Shown: positions 10,284 to 19,481 of the stretch, one piece after another
Layout: each line of letters opens with the position of its first letter
Position numbering within the stretch: position 1 is the stretch's first letter
Origin: an uncultured virus (IMG/VR IMGVR_UViG_3300042880_001179)
Taxonomy: Duplodnaviria > Heunggongvirae > Uroviricota > Caudoviricetes
DNA: 64,000 nt
Direction: 5' to 3' (one strand)
IMG/VR virus record: IMGVR_UViG_3300042880_001179
Made by a program: the position numbers and the translations under genes
The notes under the pieces: model-generated
The model's input: the letters and a program-made list of their open reading frames with translations, nothing else
Databases searched by the model: none
Told to the model about the DNA's origin: nothing

Positions 10284-13200
10284 TTGGGCACAATATTACC
10301 TATATCGTCCTATCCTAGTAATTTGGATACTGACACAACATTATTCAAGGTATTCGATACCTCTGAAACAGTTTTGTCTGCGACTTTGAATTCTTGGGAA
10401 ACAACAATAAATGTAGTGCCAACAGAAGCTGGTAAATTTCAAATATGGGCCGATAGCGGCTATGTTACTATCGAAGGCGAATTAATTTATTATTCTTCAG
10501 TCACTAGACTGAGTGGTCCTACTGCAGGAGCCGTTGTAAGCTTCAATAATTGCATAAGAAGAACCAATGGAACGCCAGCGGTAAATTATAATGCAGGTAC
10601 CTCAGTAAGAGGCTACGTCATTGCAGAACATCATAATAACTTAGCAAGAGCCTTGGTTAATACAGAAACTTTTATAGGCACAAATGACACAACCGATAAG
10701 CAATCTATTTATTGGAAATTATCCTACATCAATAATTTGCCTGCATACACCGATGATGCGGGATGTCCTCAGATGGAGTTCTATTATACTGTAACCAGCG
10801 AAAGCCCCATACAGGGAACAGAAATATCTTATGTCTTAAATATTATTGGAACTGACCAGTATAGTGGATTTGTCATAGATTTCGGCGATGGTTCCACTGA
10901 AACTCAAGCCACTACTGGAACACACTTTTATCCTCCAAACAAAAGAATTGACCCAGTAGCAACTGTTAATGCTACCTCTTGTGAGACTTTGCAAACAAGT
11001 GCACAAAGAGTGGACTTAAATGATTTACAACAAAATAATTTGGTTGGCTTTTCATTCCCAGTCATAGTGCCAGTGTTGCCAGATTTCCCAAGTTTTGACT
11101 TAGACGTAGTGAATCCAGTACAAGAAAATATAATTTTCCCACCCATAGTTTTCCCATGTTTGGACATAGGACCATTTGGACCAATTATAGTTCCTTCTAC
11201 TATATCTTTTGTCAGCGACTATGGAATCCCCAGTGTAATTACATTCGAAGATGTTCCGGTAATTCCTAGCAACATAGTCATAACAAGTTCTGTAGTTATT
11301 CCATCTGTAATTAACATAATAGACAATATACCAACTACTATTACCGTTATAGATGATTTGCCCAGTATAATTGATATAAATTCCGATTTACCAAGCATTA
11401 TAAGCATTATTGCGCCATCAAATATGAGCATTAGCTTGATTGCTCCCAGTATCATAAATATCTCACCCACAGTGATTCGGGTAAACAGCAACATTCCTAG
11501 TGTCATAAGCATTAGCAACGCAGATATAGCCATCTCTTTAACTAGCGATTACTGCACAAATTGCACCGGTTCTATACAATCAGGAGCGCCAAATACAGCT
11601 GGAGGCATAACAGATCAAGGATGTAACGTTTGTGCTGGTGCAAATCAAAAAATTGCTAAGGTTTCTGTTGTCCTTCATGATTTCTTTGTACAGACTTTTG
11701 GAGCATCTACTCCTTATTCCAGATATGATTTAGTAAAAGTATTGGTGGTAGATCCTAACGGCAACACATGTTTGATTATGGGCGGTAATACGGCAGGAAA
11801 CATATCTACTCCCCAATTCATAATGAATCAACCTGTGACTTTAACTTTTGAAGATGGTGGTGCAAATAACATATACGATTTTAGTGTTCCTTTGAAAACT
11901 GGAAACTATGCACCTAATGCCAACAATAACACAACATCAGCAAGTGCAGGCGGCTTAGTTACTTTATCTTCACCAGCGCCTGCACCTTCTGGATTTAACG
12001 GTTACGGCAATAACTTATCTGCATTTACCGATCAACCTTTGGTAAAAGGTTCATGGAATGTATACATTGGCGTTGGACCTAGCGATTCATCATTTACAAA
12101 TTTAGCTTATGTAAGTTCAGCGTGTGTCAGAGTAAACAGCAATGGCGAAGGGCCTTGTGATTTCCCAACTCCAACTCCGTCACCTTGTGGTGCCACACCT
12201 AGACCATCAAAAACTCCAGCGCCAACTCCAAGACTCACAAACGCACCTACTGCTACACCAAAAAATACTGCTACACCTTTGCCAACACCTAACCCAACAC
12301 CACAGGTGAGTGTTCCATTCGGCCCGGGTGGCGACCCATGGCCCGGTGAAGGCGGTGGCGGCGGTGGTGGTTCTGGTGGTGGTGGAGGTATTGTAATTCC
12401 TGTTGATCCGGGTAGGCCTATACCAGTTACTCCTAAGCCTAGCAAAACCCCTAAACCTACTCCTGCCCCTACTCCGCTTCCCAATTGTGGTTCATGTAAT
12501 TTCATGCCATCTATAGAAGACTGTGGTAGTGGTGTTTGCACTTACTATTGGAATTTTAATACTAGTAGCTGGGACAGGTGTGCAGAATGTCAATCATGCA
12601 CCACAGCAGGTGAAAATTGTGGTTGTCCGGAAGCACGATGGATGGTTTCTTATGGGAAACTTCCAGCAGATGGCTTAAATAATGCAACTATTAATACCAA
12701 TTGTCAAAAATTTGTTTGGACAAACAATAATTTAACACAATGTAGCGGAGGTTTTTGCACATATTTTTATACCCCCGGAACAGGGGTGTGGTCATATGCT
12801 CCTGATGATTCATATTGTGAAAGTGACAGCGGATGTATCTGTCCAGATCCGTCCATATTAGTAGCCAAAGGTGTATTGCCAAGAAGCTCTCAAAATAACA
12901 TAACAAGGCATACCAAGTGCTATCGAGAAACTTCGCTGGGCAATTGCAATTATGGCTGTGAGTGCCCTCCTGCACCTACACTACAAGCTATAACAAGTAC
13001 GTCTCAAATAATATCAAAAAGCTGTGAACCCGAATGTGGAACTTGTATAGATGAATATATTACAGATTTAAATAATCCATGCGATCCTGACCCTACTGAC
13101 CAAACATGCATTTATGAATATACAGGTACTTTTGGATGGCGTTTAGACCCTGCGAGTTTCTGTGGTTGTGATAATATGAATTGCTTGTCAGCACAGGCTG

Positions 13201-15419
13201 CTAAAGATGCGAGTCTGTTACCTGATTCTCCAAATGATGGTGAAACATTCAATCTCAGTTGTTATGGAGGTGCATGGTATAATTATGATTTCTGCAACCC
13301 AGATGCTAACTGTCAGTGTCCTCCTACGCCTACACCACCTCCTGCTGGCCAACAACCGGGCGAGTCATTCTTAGTCAATCAATGTATTAACCCAACGCCC
13401 ACACCAAGTCCTACATCTGGTTGCGGTGATTGCACTTTTCAATTCAATGCTCCTACCTGCGGTAGCGGAACTTGCACCTATACATATTACACTGATTTGG
13501 AACAATGGACATTAGCCGCAAATTGTGCATCTTCTACATGTAACTGTGTTACAGTAGAAGATGCACAATTAAGTGGAATATTACCTAGCAATCCATCTAA
13601 CGGAAGGCAAATCACAACCCCTTGTTATTACTATAATTCATCTCAAAAAGCTCTAGAAGGCACTTGGAACTATGTTGGAAACAACTGCCTTAGTTCATGT
13701 CAATGTTCAAGCACGGCAAGCTATTCTGGTTACGGTTACTGGCCTTTACAATACAAGAAAGTGCCTTGTGTTCCCAAGGGGACGTCTCCTCCTTGTAATT
13801 GTTCAGCATCTGGCACGGGATGTTCTTGGGTATGTACTTATGTATCTATCTTTCCTAGTCCGCCCAACTATGATTGGAAATTAAATCCTGAAGCTGGAAA
13901 TTCTTGTGGAAGATTTTGCCCACCAAATTCATGTACATGTAAACCGCCAACAGCACCTTGCAGTTATGGAACACAAGGGCAAGTCTTGCCCGGTTTATGT
14001 GTTACTTCAGAAGGTTGTGGTAAATGTGTATTCCAATGGGTTGCCAAAGGCTGTTTCACCCCCGGAAGTGGTTTTTGTTACTATAACAAAAATCCAAATA
14101 CTGGTAATTGGGAATTTACAAGCGGTCAGTGTCCCACAGTTACCTGTAGTTGTCCAACGGTCAGCGATTTAGCCGCTTCATTTGCAAAATTACCCCCTGC
14201 ACAAACAACTTTTAATACAGGATGTATAGTCACAGGAAATATACAAAATGGCAGCTATCAACCAGTAGCTGGAGCTGCCGGTTTTGGAAGCAACACATGC
14301 ACTCTCACTAATGGTTGCTCTTGTCCGGCAACTCCAACTGGTGATCCAACGGTAGACGGTTGGTATATAGAAACAGATTGTACTGTTTGTCAAGGTTGTG
14401 ATATTGGGTGGAACGGTAGCAGCTATTATGTTATGCCATATCCTAATAGCAACAGATGCACTTCGCCAGAATGCAGCGGCTGTTATTTGCCAACAAATTT
14501 TCAAGGAAATTTTATCACTGTTCCTTGTGCAAACAATCCCCCCGCTGACAGGTGTTCAACAACCGATCCTTGGCCTAAACAATGTCAATGGACTTGCAAC
14601 GGTGATGGTACTTGGTCACAGACAAAACCTTGTGCTGCTGGATGTGGGTGTAATCCCCCCGGCACAGTTGCATGTTTTCCAGCAAATGCCGGAGATACTT
14701 ACTCCAATCCTTGTTTGCCCGGCATAACAACTTCATTTGTTCCAGACGGCCTAGATGATTGGAACAGTTTTTATATAGACGATGCAGTAAATTCAAATCC
14801 CAATGCTCAAAGTTTGCTACAAGAAAGTAAATTTTTATTGTCAGCATCGCCAACGGCAACTCCATATGTTGAACACACACCTGTTCCGACTCCGCCGCCA
14901 AGCATAACACCGAGCACTAGTGATGTTTTAACGACACAAGAAACCCTAATATCAAAATTATCTGCAATTAAAAAAGACAAAGTTAAACTATGTCAATTTG
15001 CTGGCAAAGAGCCGCTCAAAATGATTAAACAAGGTTGTGGAAGCTGTGCCATTAGAAAGTGTGACAAGTTTGGCCTATGCTCTCATACTGGCATTATTGA
15101 AGGGCACCCAGAAGTCATTTGTTGTCAAGAGTGCAGTCAATATGTACCAGCTGGTATTACATCTGTAAAAACAATGTCAAGCGCAAACTCTCCAGTCGCT
15201 CAATTAATAAATGCTGAAAGCCAAAAACCTAATTCACAGACTTTGACAAGTATATCTGAAAAAACTCCAACTACACAAAGTTTGAGTGTTGCAAAAGATC
15301 CTATAACTATGGCAGATGACCTTATACAAGAAAATAACAAATTAAAAATAGTTCCAACAGACTCGATTATTCGTGTGGACTTAGATGATTTACTTGAGGG
15401 AAAGTCAAAAAATGAATAG
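10284..15419 (+). CDS. Giant modular Cys-rich fibre/appendage-like protein, paralog B (TTG start)
   Basis: Same architecture as 5136..10274, with a near-identical central DNA segment and a different distal Cys-rich cassette. Confidence 0.75.
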   Translation: MGTILPISSYPSNLDTDTTLFKVFDTSETVLSATLNSWETTINVVPTEAGKFQIWADSGYVTIEGELIYYSSVTRLSGPTAGAVVSFNNCIRRTNGTPAVNYNAGTSVRGYVIAEHHNNLARALVNTETFIGTNDTTDKQSIYWKLSYINNLPAYTDDAGCPQMEFYYTVTSESPIQGTEISYVLNIIGTDQYSGFVIDFGDGSTETQATTGTHFYPPNKRIDPVATVNATSCETLQTSAQRVDLNDLQQNNLVGFSFPVIVPVLPDFPSFDLDVVNPVQENIIFPPIVFPCLDIGPFGPIIVPSTISFVSDYGIPSVITFEDVPVIPSNIVITSSVVIPSVINIIDNIPTTITVIDDLPSIIDINSDLPSIISIIAPSNMSISLIAPSIINISPTVIRVNSNIPSVISISNADIAISLTSDYCTNCTGSIQSGAPNTAGGITDQGCNVCAGANQKIAKVSVVLHDFFVQTFGASTPYSRYDLVKVLVVDPNGNTCLIMGGNTAGNISTPQFIMNQPVTLTFEDGGANNIYDFSVPLKTGNYAPNANNNTTSASAGGLVTLSSPAPAPSGFNGYGNNLSAFTDQPLVKGSWNVYIGVGPSDSSFTNLAYVSSACVRVNSNGEGPCDFPTPTPSPCGATPRPSKTPAPTPRLTNAPTATPKNTATPLPTPNPTPQVSVPFGPGGDPWPGEGGGGGGGSGGGGGIVIPVDPGRPIPVTPKPSKTPKPTPAPTPLPNCGSCNFMPSIEDCGSGVCTYYWNFNTSSWDRCAECQSCTTAGENCGCPEARWMVSYGKLPADGLNNATINTNCQKFVWTNNNLTQCSGGFCTYFYTPGTGVWSYAPDDSYCESDSGCICPDPSILVAKGVLPRSSQNNITRHTKCYRETSLGNCNYGCECPPAPTLQAITSTSQIISKSCEPECGTCIDEYITDLNNPCDPDPTDQTCIYEYTGTFGWRLDPASFCGCDNMNCLSAQAAKDASLLPDSPNDGETFNLSCYGGAWYNYDFCNPDANCQCPPTPTPPPAGQQPGESFLVNQCINPTPTPSPTSGCGDCTFQFNAPTCGSGTCTYTYYTDLEQWTLAANCASSTCNCVTVEDAQLSGILPSNPSNGRQITTPCYYYNSSQKALEGTWNYVGNNCLSSCQCSSTASYSGYGYWPLQYKKVPCVPKGTSPPCNCSASGTGCSWVCTYVSIFPSPPNYDWKLNPEAGNSCGRFCPPNSCTCKPPTAPCSYGTQGQVLPGLCVTSEGCGKCVFQWVAKGCFTPGSGFCYYNKNPNTGNWEFTSGQCPTVTCSCPTVSDLAASFAKLPPAQTTFNTGCIVTGNIQNGSYQPVAGAAGFGSNTCTLTNGCSCPATPTGDPTVDGWYIETDCTVCQGCDIGWNGSSYYVMPYPNSNRCTSPECSGCYLPTNFQGNFITVPCANNPPADRCSTTDPWPKQCQWTCNGDGTWSQTKPCAAGCGCNPPGTVACFPANAGDTYSNPCLPGITTSFVPDGLDDWNSFYIDDAVNSNPNAQSLLQESKFLLSASPTATPYVEHTPVPTPPPSITPSTSDVLTTQETLISKLSAIKKDKVKLCQFAGKEPLKMIKQGCGSCAIRKCDKFGLCSHTGIIEGHPEVICCQECSQYVPAGITSVKTMSSANSPVAQLINAESQKPNSQTLTSISEKTPTTQSLSVAKDPITMADDLIQENNKLKIVPTDSIIRVDLDDLLEGKSKNE
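12157..13420 (+). repeat. Long direct repeat, copy 2
   Basis: Matches about 6997-8260, with a short divergent stretch around the Gly linker. Confidence 0.9.
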
Positions 15420-16311
15420 ATCGATTGAAAAGGTTTCAGTAATCGAACAGATAGTGAAAGCTTACAACGATGAAGAAGTCAAAGTAATATTTAAAAAACA
15501 TAAAAATACAAATGAATATCTTAAAATAGGCAATTATTGGATTAGAAATTATGTCAGTGCAAGTGTTAAGCCTCAAGATGTCAATAATTTTTATCATGAT
15601 GTAGATGTCAGAGATTTAATAGACAATGAAATAAAAAATACGAACTTAAGATTGGGAATATTAGATACTAGTCTTTTTTCTAAGTTTAGAAAATGGCTTA
15701 TTGTATCAGATGGACTTGGATTTGAAAATCACAAGATGTTGGAAAGAGTTGCTAGCGATGTTTGTGTAATTGTAGTGAATCAAGCAGCCAGATTTTGGCA
15801 ATCATTTGTTTTTCCAGAATATTTTGTATTTAACAATCCAAGCAAGGCTAGTTTGACAGCACTTCCTATTTCAAGGTTTCCCAAACTGATAGGCAACAGA
15901 AAGTCATATCATAATTTTATAAGAAACTATAAAAACATAGTTTATTTATATGACAGTGTGGCAGATGATTACTATGAAAGTTTAATTTCAAAAGACAGTT
16001 CTACGCACATTGATGACTATAGGAATCCAATATGTGCTGCCATTAATTTGGCGCACCAGTGTGGTGGTGGCGACATATTTCTTGGTTTTTGCAGTGTTGC
16101 ATACAAGGAGCATAGACCCGGAACTATAGAAATAGAAAATGGCATTCATCAGTATGAAGTGCAAAGAACAGCTGATGAAATTGTTGATGGCAACCTATTT
16201 TGGTATAAATTTGGAAATAAATATTCAAATATTTGGCATACTGGTTTGAAAAATAGTTTCAAATTTTCTAAATACATATCAGAAAATGAATTTTTTGAAA
16301 AGTTATTATGA
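15412..16311 (+). CDS. DUF115/Maf/sialyltransferase-like Rossmann-fold protein
   Basis: LIVSDG.G, IVVNQA, PEYFV and AAINLA...G..DIFLGF elements resemble the MAF_flag10/GT42-like fold. Start moved to the ATG overlapping the upstream gene end. Confidence 0.45.
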   Translation: MNRSIEKVSVIEQIVKAYNDEEVKVIFKKHKNTNEYLKIGNYWIRNYVSASVKPQDVNNFYHDVDVRDLIDNEIKNTNLRLGILDTSLFSKFRKWLIVSDGLGFENHKMLERVASDVCVIVVNQAARFWQSFVFPEYFVFNNPSKASLTALPISRFPKLIGNRKSYHNFIRNYKNIVYLYDSVADDYYESLISKDSSTHIDDYRNPICAAINLAHQCGGGDIFLGFCSVAYKEHRPGTIEIENGIHQYEVQRTADEIVDGNLFWYKFGNKYSNIWHTGLKNSFKFSKYISENEFFEKLL

Positions 16312-16607
16312 AGAAAAACAAATCATTCTTTTCGCCTAACTTTATGGCGGAATTTAAGAAGTGGATAGATGACAAAGAAGAACAAGATTCCTTGTCAGAA
16401 GGTGCTTTTGTAAACACTAAGTTGAAATTAAAAACTTTGGTAGAGCGAATTGACTGCCTCAAGATGGGAGAAAATTCGGTGTTAGATATCGCCAAATATT
16501 TTCTCAAAAACGGTGGTATTATCAAAGAAGTCAACGGTGAAAGTGCAATAGTTAAAACGAAAAAAGGCGTCTTTGCCATAGACAAAGACGACCTTTTCCT
16601 AATCTAA
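16308..16607 (+). CDS. Hypothetical protein
   Basis: 99-aa ORF coupled to the upstream gene. Confidence 0.6.
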   Translation: MKKNKSFFSPNFMAEFKKWIDDKEEQDSLSEGAFVNTKLKLKTLVERIDCLKMGENSVLDIAKYFLKNGGIIKEVNGESAIVKTKKGVFAIDKDDLFLI

Positions 16608-16613
16608 AAAATT

Positions 16614-17129
16614 TCACTTCTTTTTAGATTGTTCTAAGACTGACTGGGGGATTTGTATTTTCCCAGTTTCTGGACATGCATACTGCTCAATAGCAGCATG
16701 ATAGCCATTGGCATATTCATCTTCTTTTTCTTGTTTAGCGTTTTCATCGCCAACTGAAACACCTTTATGATAAGCTGCTCTACAAAGTAGGCCCAAGAAG
16801 TTTGAATTTTCTTCTTGTTGGTTGTAGGGCTGCTTTTCGGCAATGCCAATTATTTTCTCAACTTGTTCAGCAGTAAAACTGACAGGCAAATTTTCCACCA
16901 TTAACATGGCTTCAATTTTGCCATCGTGTTTACCCTGCATTCGTGCGTTGATAAGATCTTCTGCGCCATAAGCATTTTTCTTATCATCGAAAATTTGTTT
17001 TGTAGTGATAACTGCTAGTTGCTCTGCAGTATCACGATAATGATTTCTTTCTTGATAAAAATAAAGGGTTGCTGCACCCAGTATAAACCAAGAAAAAATC
17101 ATTGAAGCAGGTGCGTAAATGTTTTTCAT
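16614..17129 (-). CDS. Membrane-anchored protein with YxxG/GxxxG repeats
   Basis: N-terminal hydrophobic helix and AAYHKG / EYANGYH motifs. Resembles its neighbour. Confidence 0.6.
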   Translation of the reverse strand: MKNIYAPASMIFSWFILGAATLYFYQERNHYRDTAEQLAVITTKQIFDDKKNAYGAEDLINARMQGKHDGKIEAMLMVENLPVSFTAEQVEKIIGIAEKQPYNQQEENSNFLGLLCRAAYHKGVSVGDENAKQEKEDEYANGYHAAIEQYACPETGKIQIPQSVLEQSKKK

Positions 17130-17136
17130 AGTTGCC

Positions 17137-17655
17137 TCACTTATTCTTCTTCAAGCTTGCTTTTTCGGTTTCGGCAGTTTTACCAGCATCTTTGCTAATT
17201 AAATCATCAGCAAACTTTTGCATAGCGGTTTGGATATCGTTACCGCTTTTCAAAATTGTGGTAATGGCCTTCATGTTTTCTCTTTGGCCTTGGTTGAAGC
17301 CGAGGTCATAGCCTTTTTCATACTCAAGATCCTTTGTAACAGCAGTTTGCTCTAAACCACGGTAATATCCATTATGCCATGTTTGAGACCATTGGTTGGC
17401 ATTAGGGTCAGCGTTTTTGATTACATTGTTAACGCCTTCATTGAAGCCTTCATTTTTAGCAAGTTCTGCTTGCATCGTTTTTTCTTGCAAGTTGTACATC
17501 AATTCTGTGACTTGGTCTTGCAAGATTCTGCTTCTTTTGCCTTCAATCTCAGTCAAAAAATTGCTCTTATTCTGTGCATTGTACTGGACTAAATTAAGTC
17601 CAATTGATGAGAGCAAAAGAATGCCGCCAAAGAAAATGCCCGTAATGCTCTTCAT
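17137..17655 (-). CDS. Membrane-anchored coiled-coil protein with GYxxG repeats
   Basis: ATG after GGAGA; TM segment IFFGGILLLSSIGLNLV; WHNGYYRG and YEKGYDLGFNQG motifs. Confidence 0.65.
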   Translation of the reverse strand: MKSITGIFFGGILLLSSIGLNLVQYNAQNKSNFLTEIEGKRSRILQDQVTELMYNLQEKTMQAELAKNEGFNEGVNNVIKNADPNANQWSQTWHNGYYRGLEQTAVTKDLEYEKGYDLGFNQGQRENMKAITTILKSGNDIQTAMQKFADDLISKDAGKTAETEKASLKKNK

Positions 17656-17717
17656 AGCAATCTCCAAGTCTGGGTTTGGAAAACAACCTCTTACTTTTAT
17701 ATCAGATTTTTTGAATG

Positions 17718-18074
17718 TCAAGAAATTTTTCTTTGAAGCATTTTTTTAGATGTTGGCATATTTGGTTTAACAATTTCTTTGTCACTACGAAACAAAATTG
17801 GGCTAATAGTGTTGGGCAAACCTTTGTAGCCCCTTTGGGTCATTCGATTTACAAAATCATCGTAATCTTTGAAATTTTCCACATAGAGCTGCCAGTCCAT
17901 GACCATTTTTTGTTGCCAAATCTGTAATTTTTGGAAATGTTCTACAGGAATATTTTCTCGATGTAATAATAAATTATCTAATTGATATGGAATGGATTTG
18001 TGAACATCGCTAGGGCACAATCCGACTACGTCGATTGCTTTTTTATCTCTTCGTCCAAAATAAACTAATTGCAT
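17718..18074 (-). CDS. Hypothetical protein
   Basis: 118-aa ORF in the minus-strand operon. Confidence 0.6.
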   Translation of the reverse strand: MQLVYFGRRDKKAIDVVGLCPSDVHKSIPYQLDNLLLHRENIPVEHFQKLQIWQQKMVMDWQLYVENFKDYDDFVNRMTQRGYKGLPNTISPILFRSDKEIVKPNMPTSKKMLQRKIS

Positions 18075-18214
18075 TTTTCACCGCAAATTTTCTTAAAAAA
18101 CTCTTCTAAAACTATCATAATGTTATCATCTTGATCTTGAAAATTTGATACAAAGGCAGCCAAGGCATCCATGGCATTTTGACTTTCATCATTGGAACTA
18201 TCAATGTTTTTCAT
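18065..18214 (-). CDS. Small acidic hypothetical protein (49 aa, not in the ORF track)
   Basis: Manual translation MKNIDSSNDEVKNAMDALAAF...EKCN*. It overlaps the next start. Confidence 0.5.
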   Translation of the reverse strand: MKNIDSSNDESQNAMDALAAFVSNFQDQDDNIMIVLEEFFKKICGEKCN

Positions 18215-18791
18215 TTCCGACCTACACAAATTAAAGAACTATCTGCCTATTATTTACACTGGGCACCATGATTTGACTGTCTCTAAATTAGTCTTAATTT
18301 GCGCTAAATTAAGAAAAAATTATAACTTGCAATTTTTTCTAGTGATAAAAGACAGCAAACTTTTAAATTTTAGTTATGATTTTGTTTTGAGCCAAAGCCA
18401 TTTTTCAGAATACAAAACATCTTTCAAAAAAATGTGTGCATGTAAAGAAAAAGAAGGCGAAGATGCAATTATGTCTTTTGCTGATGAAAATCAATTAGAT
18501 ATAAAAATAGATACTGCTCCGTCTGAATCTAACTTTAGATGTGGAGTATTTGGGCAAAATATAGCTAAAAAACATGAAATTGTATTAAGAAATTTGGGCA
18601 GGTCACTGTTTATTTCTGATTGCATGAAAGATTTGTGCGAAAACTGTGGTGTGATATATGGAGAGGAATGTCCTGAAATAGTCGCAGCAGCAGCCTTGGG
18701 CAAACAGATTTATTTGCTGGATGAACATAAAAAAATTAATTCCTTCCAAATGATGTTCCCAAGTGCAGTAATTATGAATGTAAAAAAATAA
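18192..18791 (+). CDS. Hypothetical, possibly degenerate GT-B-fold protein (start uncertain)
   Basis: C-terminal 'IYGEE...AAAALGKQIYLL' resembles the GT9 HxAAAxG.P motif. Confidence 0.4.
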   Translation: MELSMFFISDLHKLKNYLPIIYTGHHDLTVSKLVLICAKLRKNYNLQFFLVIKDSKLLNFSYDFVLSQSHFSEYKTSFKKMCACKEKEGEDAIMSFADENQLDIKIDTAPSESNFRCGVFGQNIAKKHEIVLRNLGRSLFISDCMKDLCENCGVIYGEECPEIVAAAALGKQIYLLDEHKKINSFQMMFPSAVIMNVKK

Positions 18792-18837
18792 ATAAATTAA
18801 GGTATACCCACTAAATACCTCTAACAAAGGAGATACC

Positions 18838-19431
18838 ATGAGTGTTTTTCAAGTAAATCTCAACAACCAATATCAGGGTTATCTCGATATTGATCCAAAA
18901 ACAGGCATCGAATTTGAGGTGGACTATAATAACCCCTCAATTCAGCGTAAAATGTTTGTATCTGGACCCAATGGCGAGTACTTGGAATTTAGTGATGGTC
19001 AGATTTTTACAGATTGTAATTATTGGAAAAGATATGCTTACCCACAAGTTCCACTAACTCAAGCTTTTATCACTGTTCTGTCTGATGACGGTAGTATTTG
19101 GAGTAATAATCCTGCAGAAAACAACTATCCTGTTGTTTATAGCCAAACTTTGGCAGCTGCTGGAACTTATTCAATTGACTTCACCAATAACGGTGGATTT
19201 GCCAGTTTCTGCCAGATTTCAAACACTGGTGGTGGCGACCTATCCGTAGAGTTAAATGGTTTGCCAAGCGCAACTATTGCTTTATCTGGTGGTCAGACTC
19301 AAATTTTCAATTATGGCGATTTGTCATTGACTGCACTTAATCTTAGTAGCGTGGCTGGCACCACATTCACAGTCGTTGCCGGTGTACAAGTTACTTGCAA
19401 TGTCAGCGTTTCATCTATAGTTGGATCTTAA
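18838..19431 (+). CDS. Putative structural protein
   Basis: Strong RBS (AAGGAG), TAAATA upstream and a beta-rich C-terminus. Confidence 0.6.
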   Translation: MSVFQVNLNNQYQGYLDIDPKTGIEFEVDYNNPSIQRKMFVSGPNGEYLEFSDGQIFTDCNYWKRYAYPQVPLTQAFITVLSDDGSIWSNNPAENNYPVVYSQTLAAAGTYSIDFTNNGGFASFCQISNTGGGDLSVELNGLPSATIALSGGQTQIFNYGDLSLTALNLSSVAGTTFTVVAGVQVTCNVSVSSIVGS

Positions 19432-19451
19432 AAAATTTACTAAAAACTATT

Positions 19452-19481
19452 ATAAAGGCAAAGGGGAACCTTTGCCTTTAT
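19452..19481 (+). promoter_or_regulatory. Perfect 13-bp hairpin (GGAA loop) that includes the start codon of 19480; terminator or translational operator
   Basis: ATAAAGGCAAAGG-GGAA-CCTTTGCCTTTAT. Confidence 0.75.

Noticed and set aside
5676..14910. Many antisense and alternate-frame ORFs inside the giant genes (also inside gp20-gp23)
   Set aside because: They are shadows of biased or low-complexity codon usage, with no RBS or recognisable motifs.
5136..15419. Diversity-generating retroelement TR/VR pair
   Set aside because: There is no reverse transcriptase, both copies are full coding genes, and the differences are not adenine-specific.
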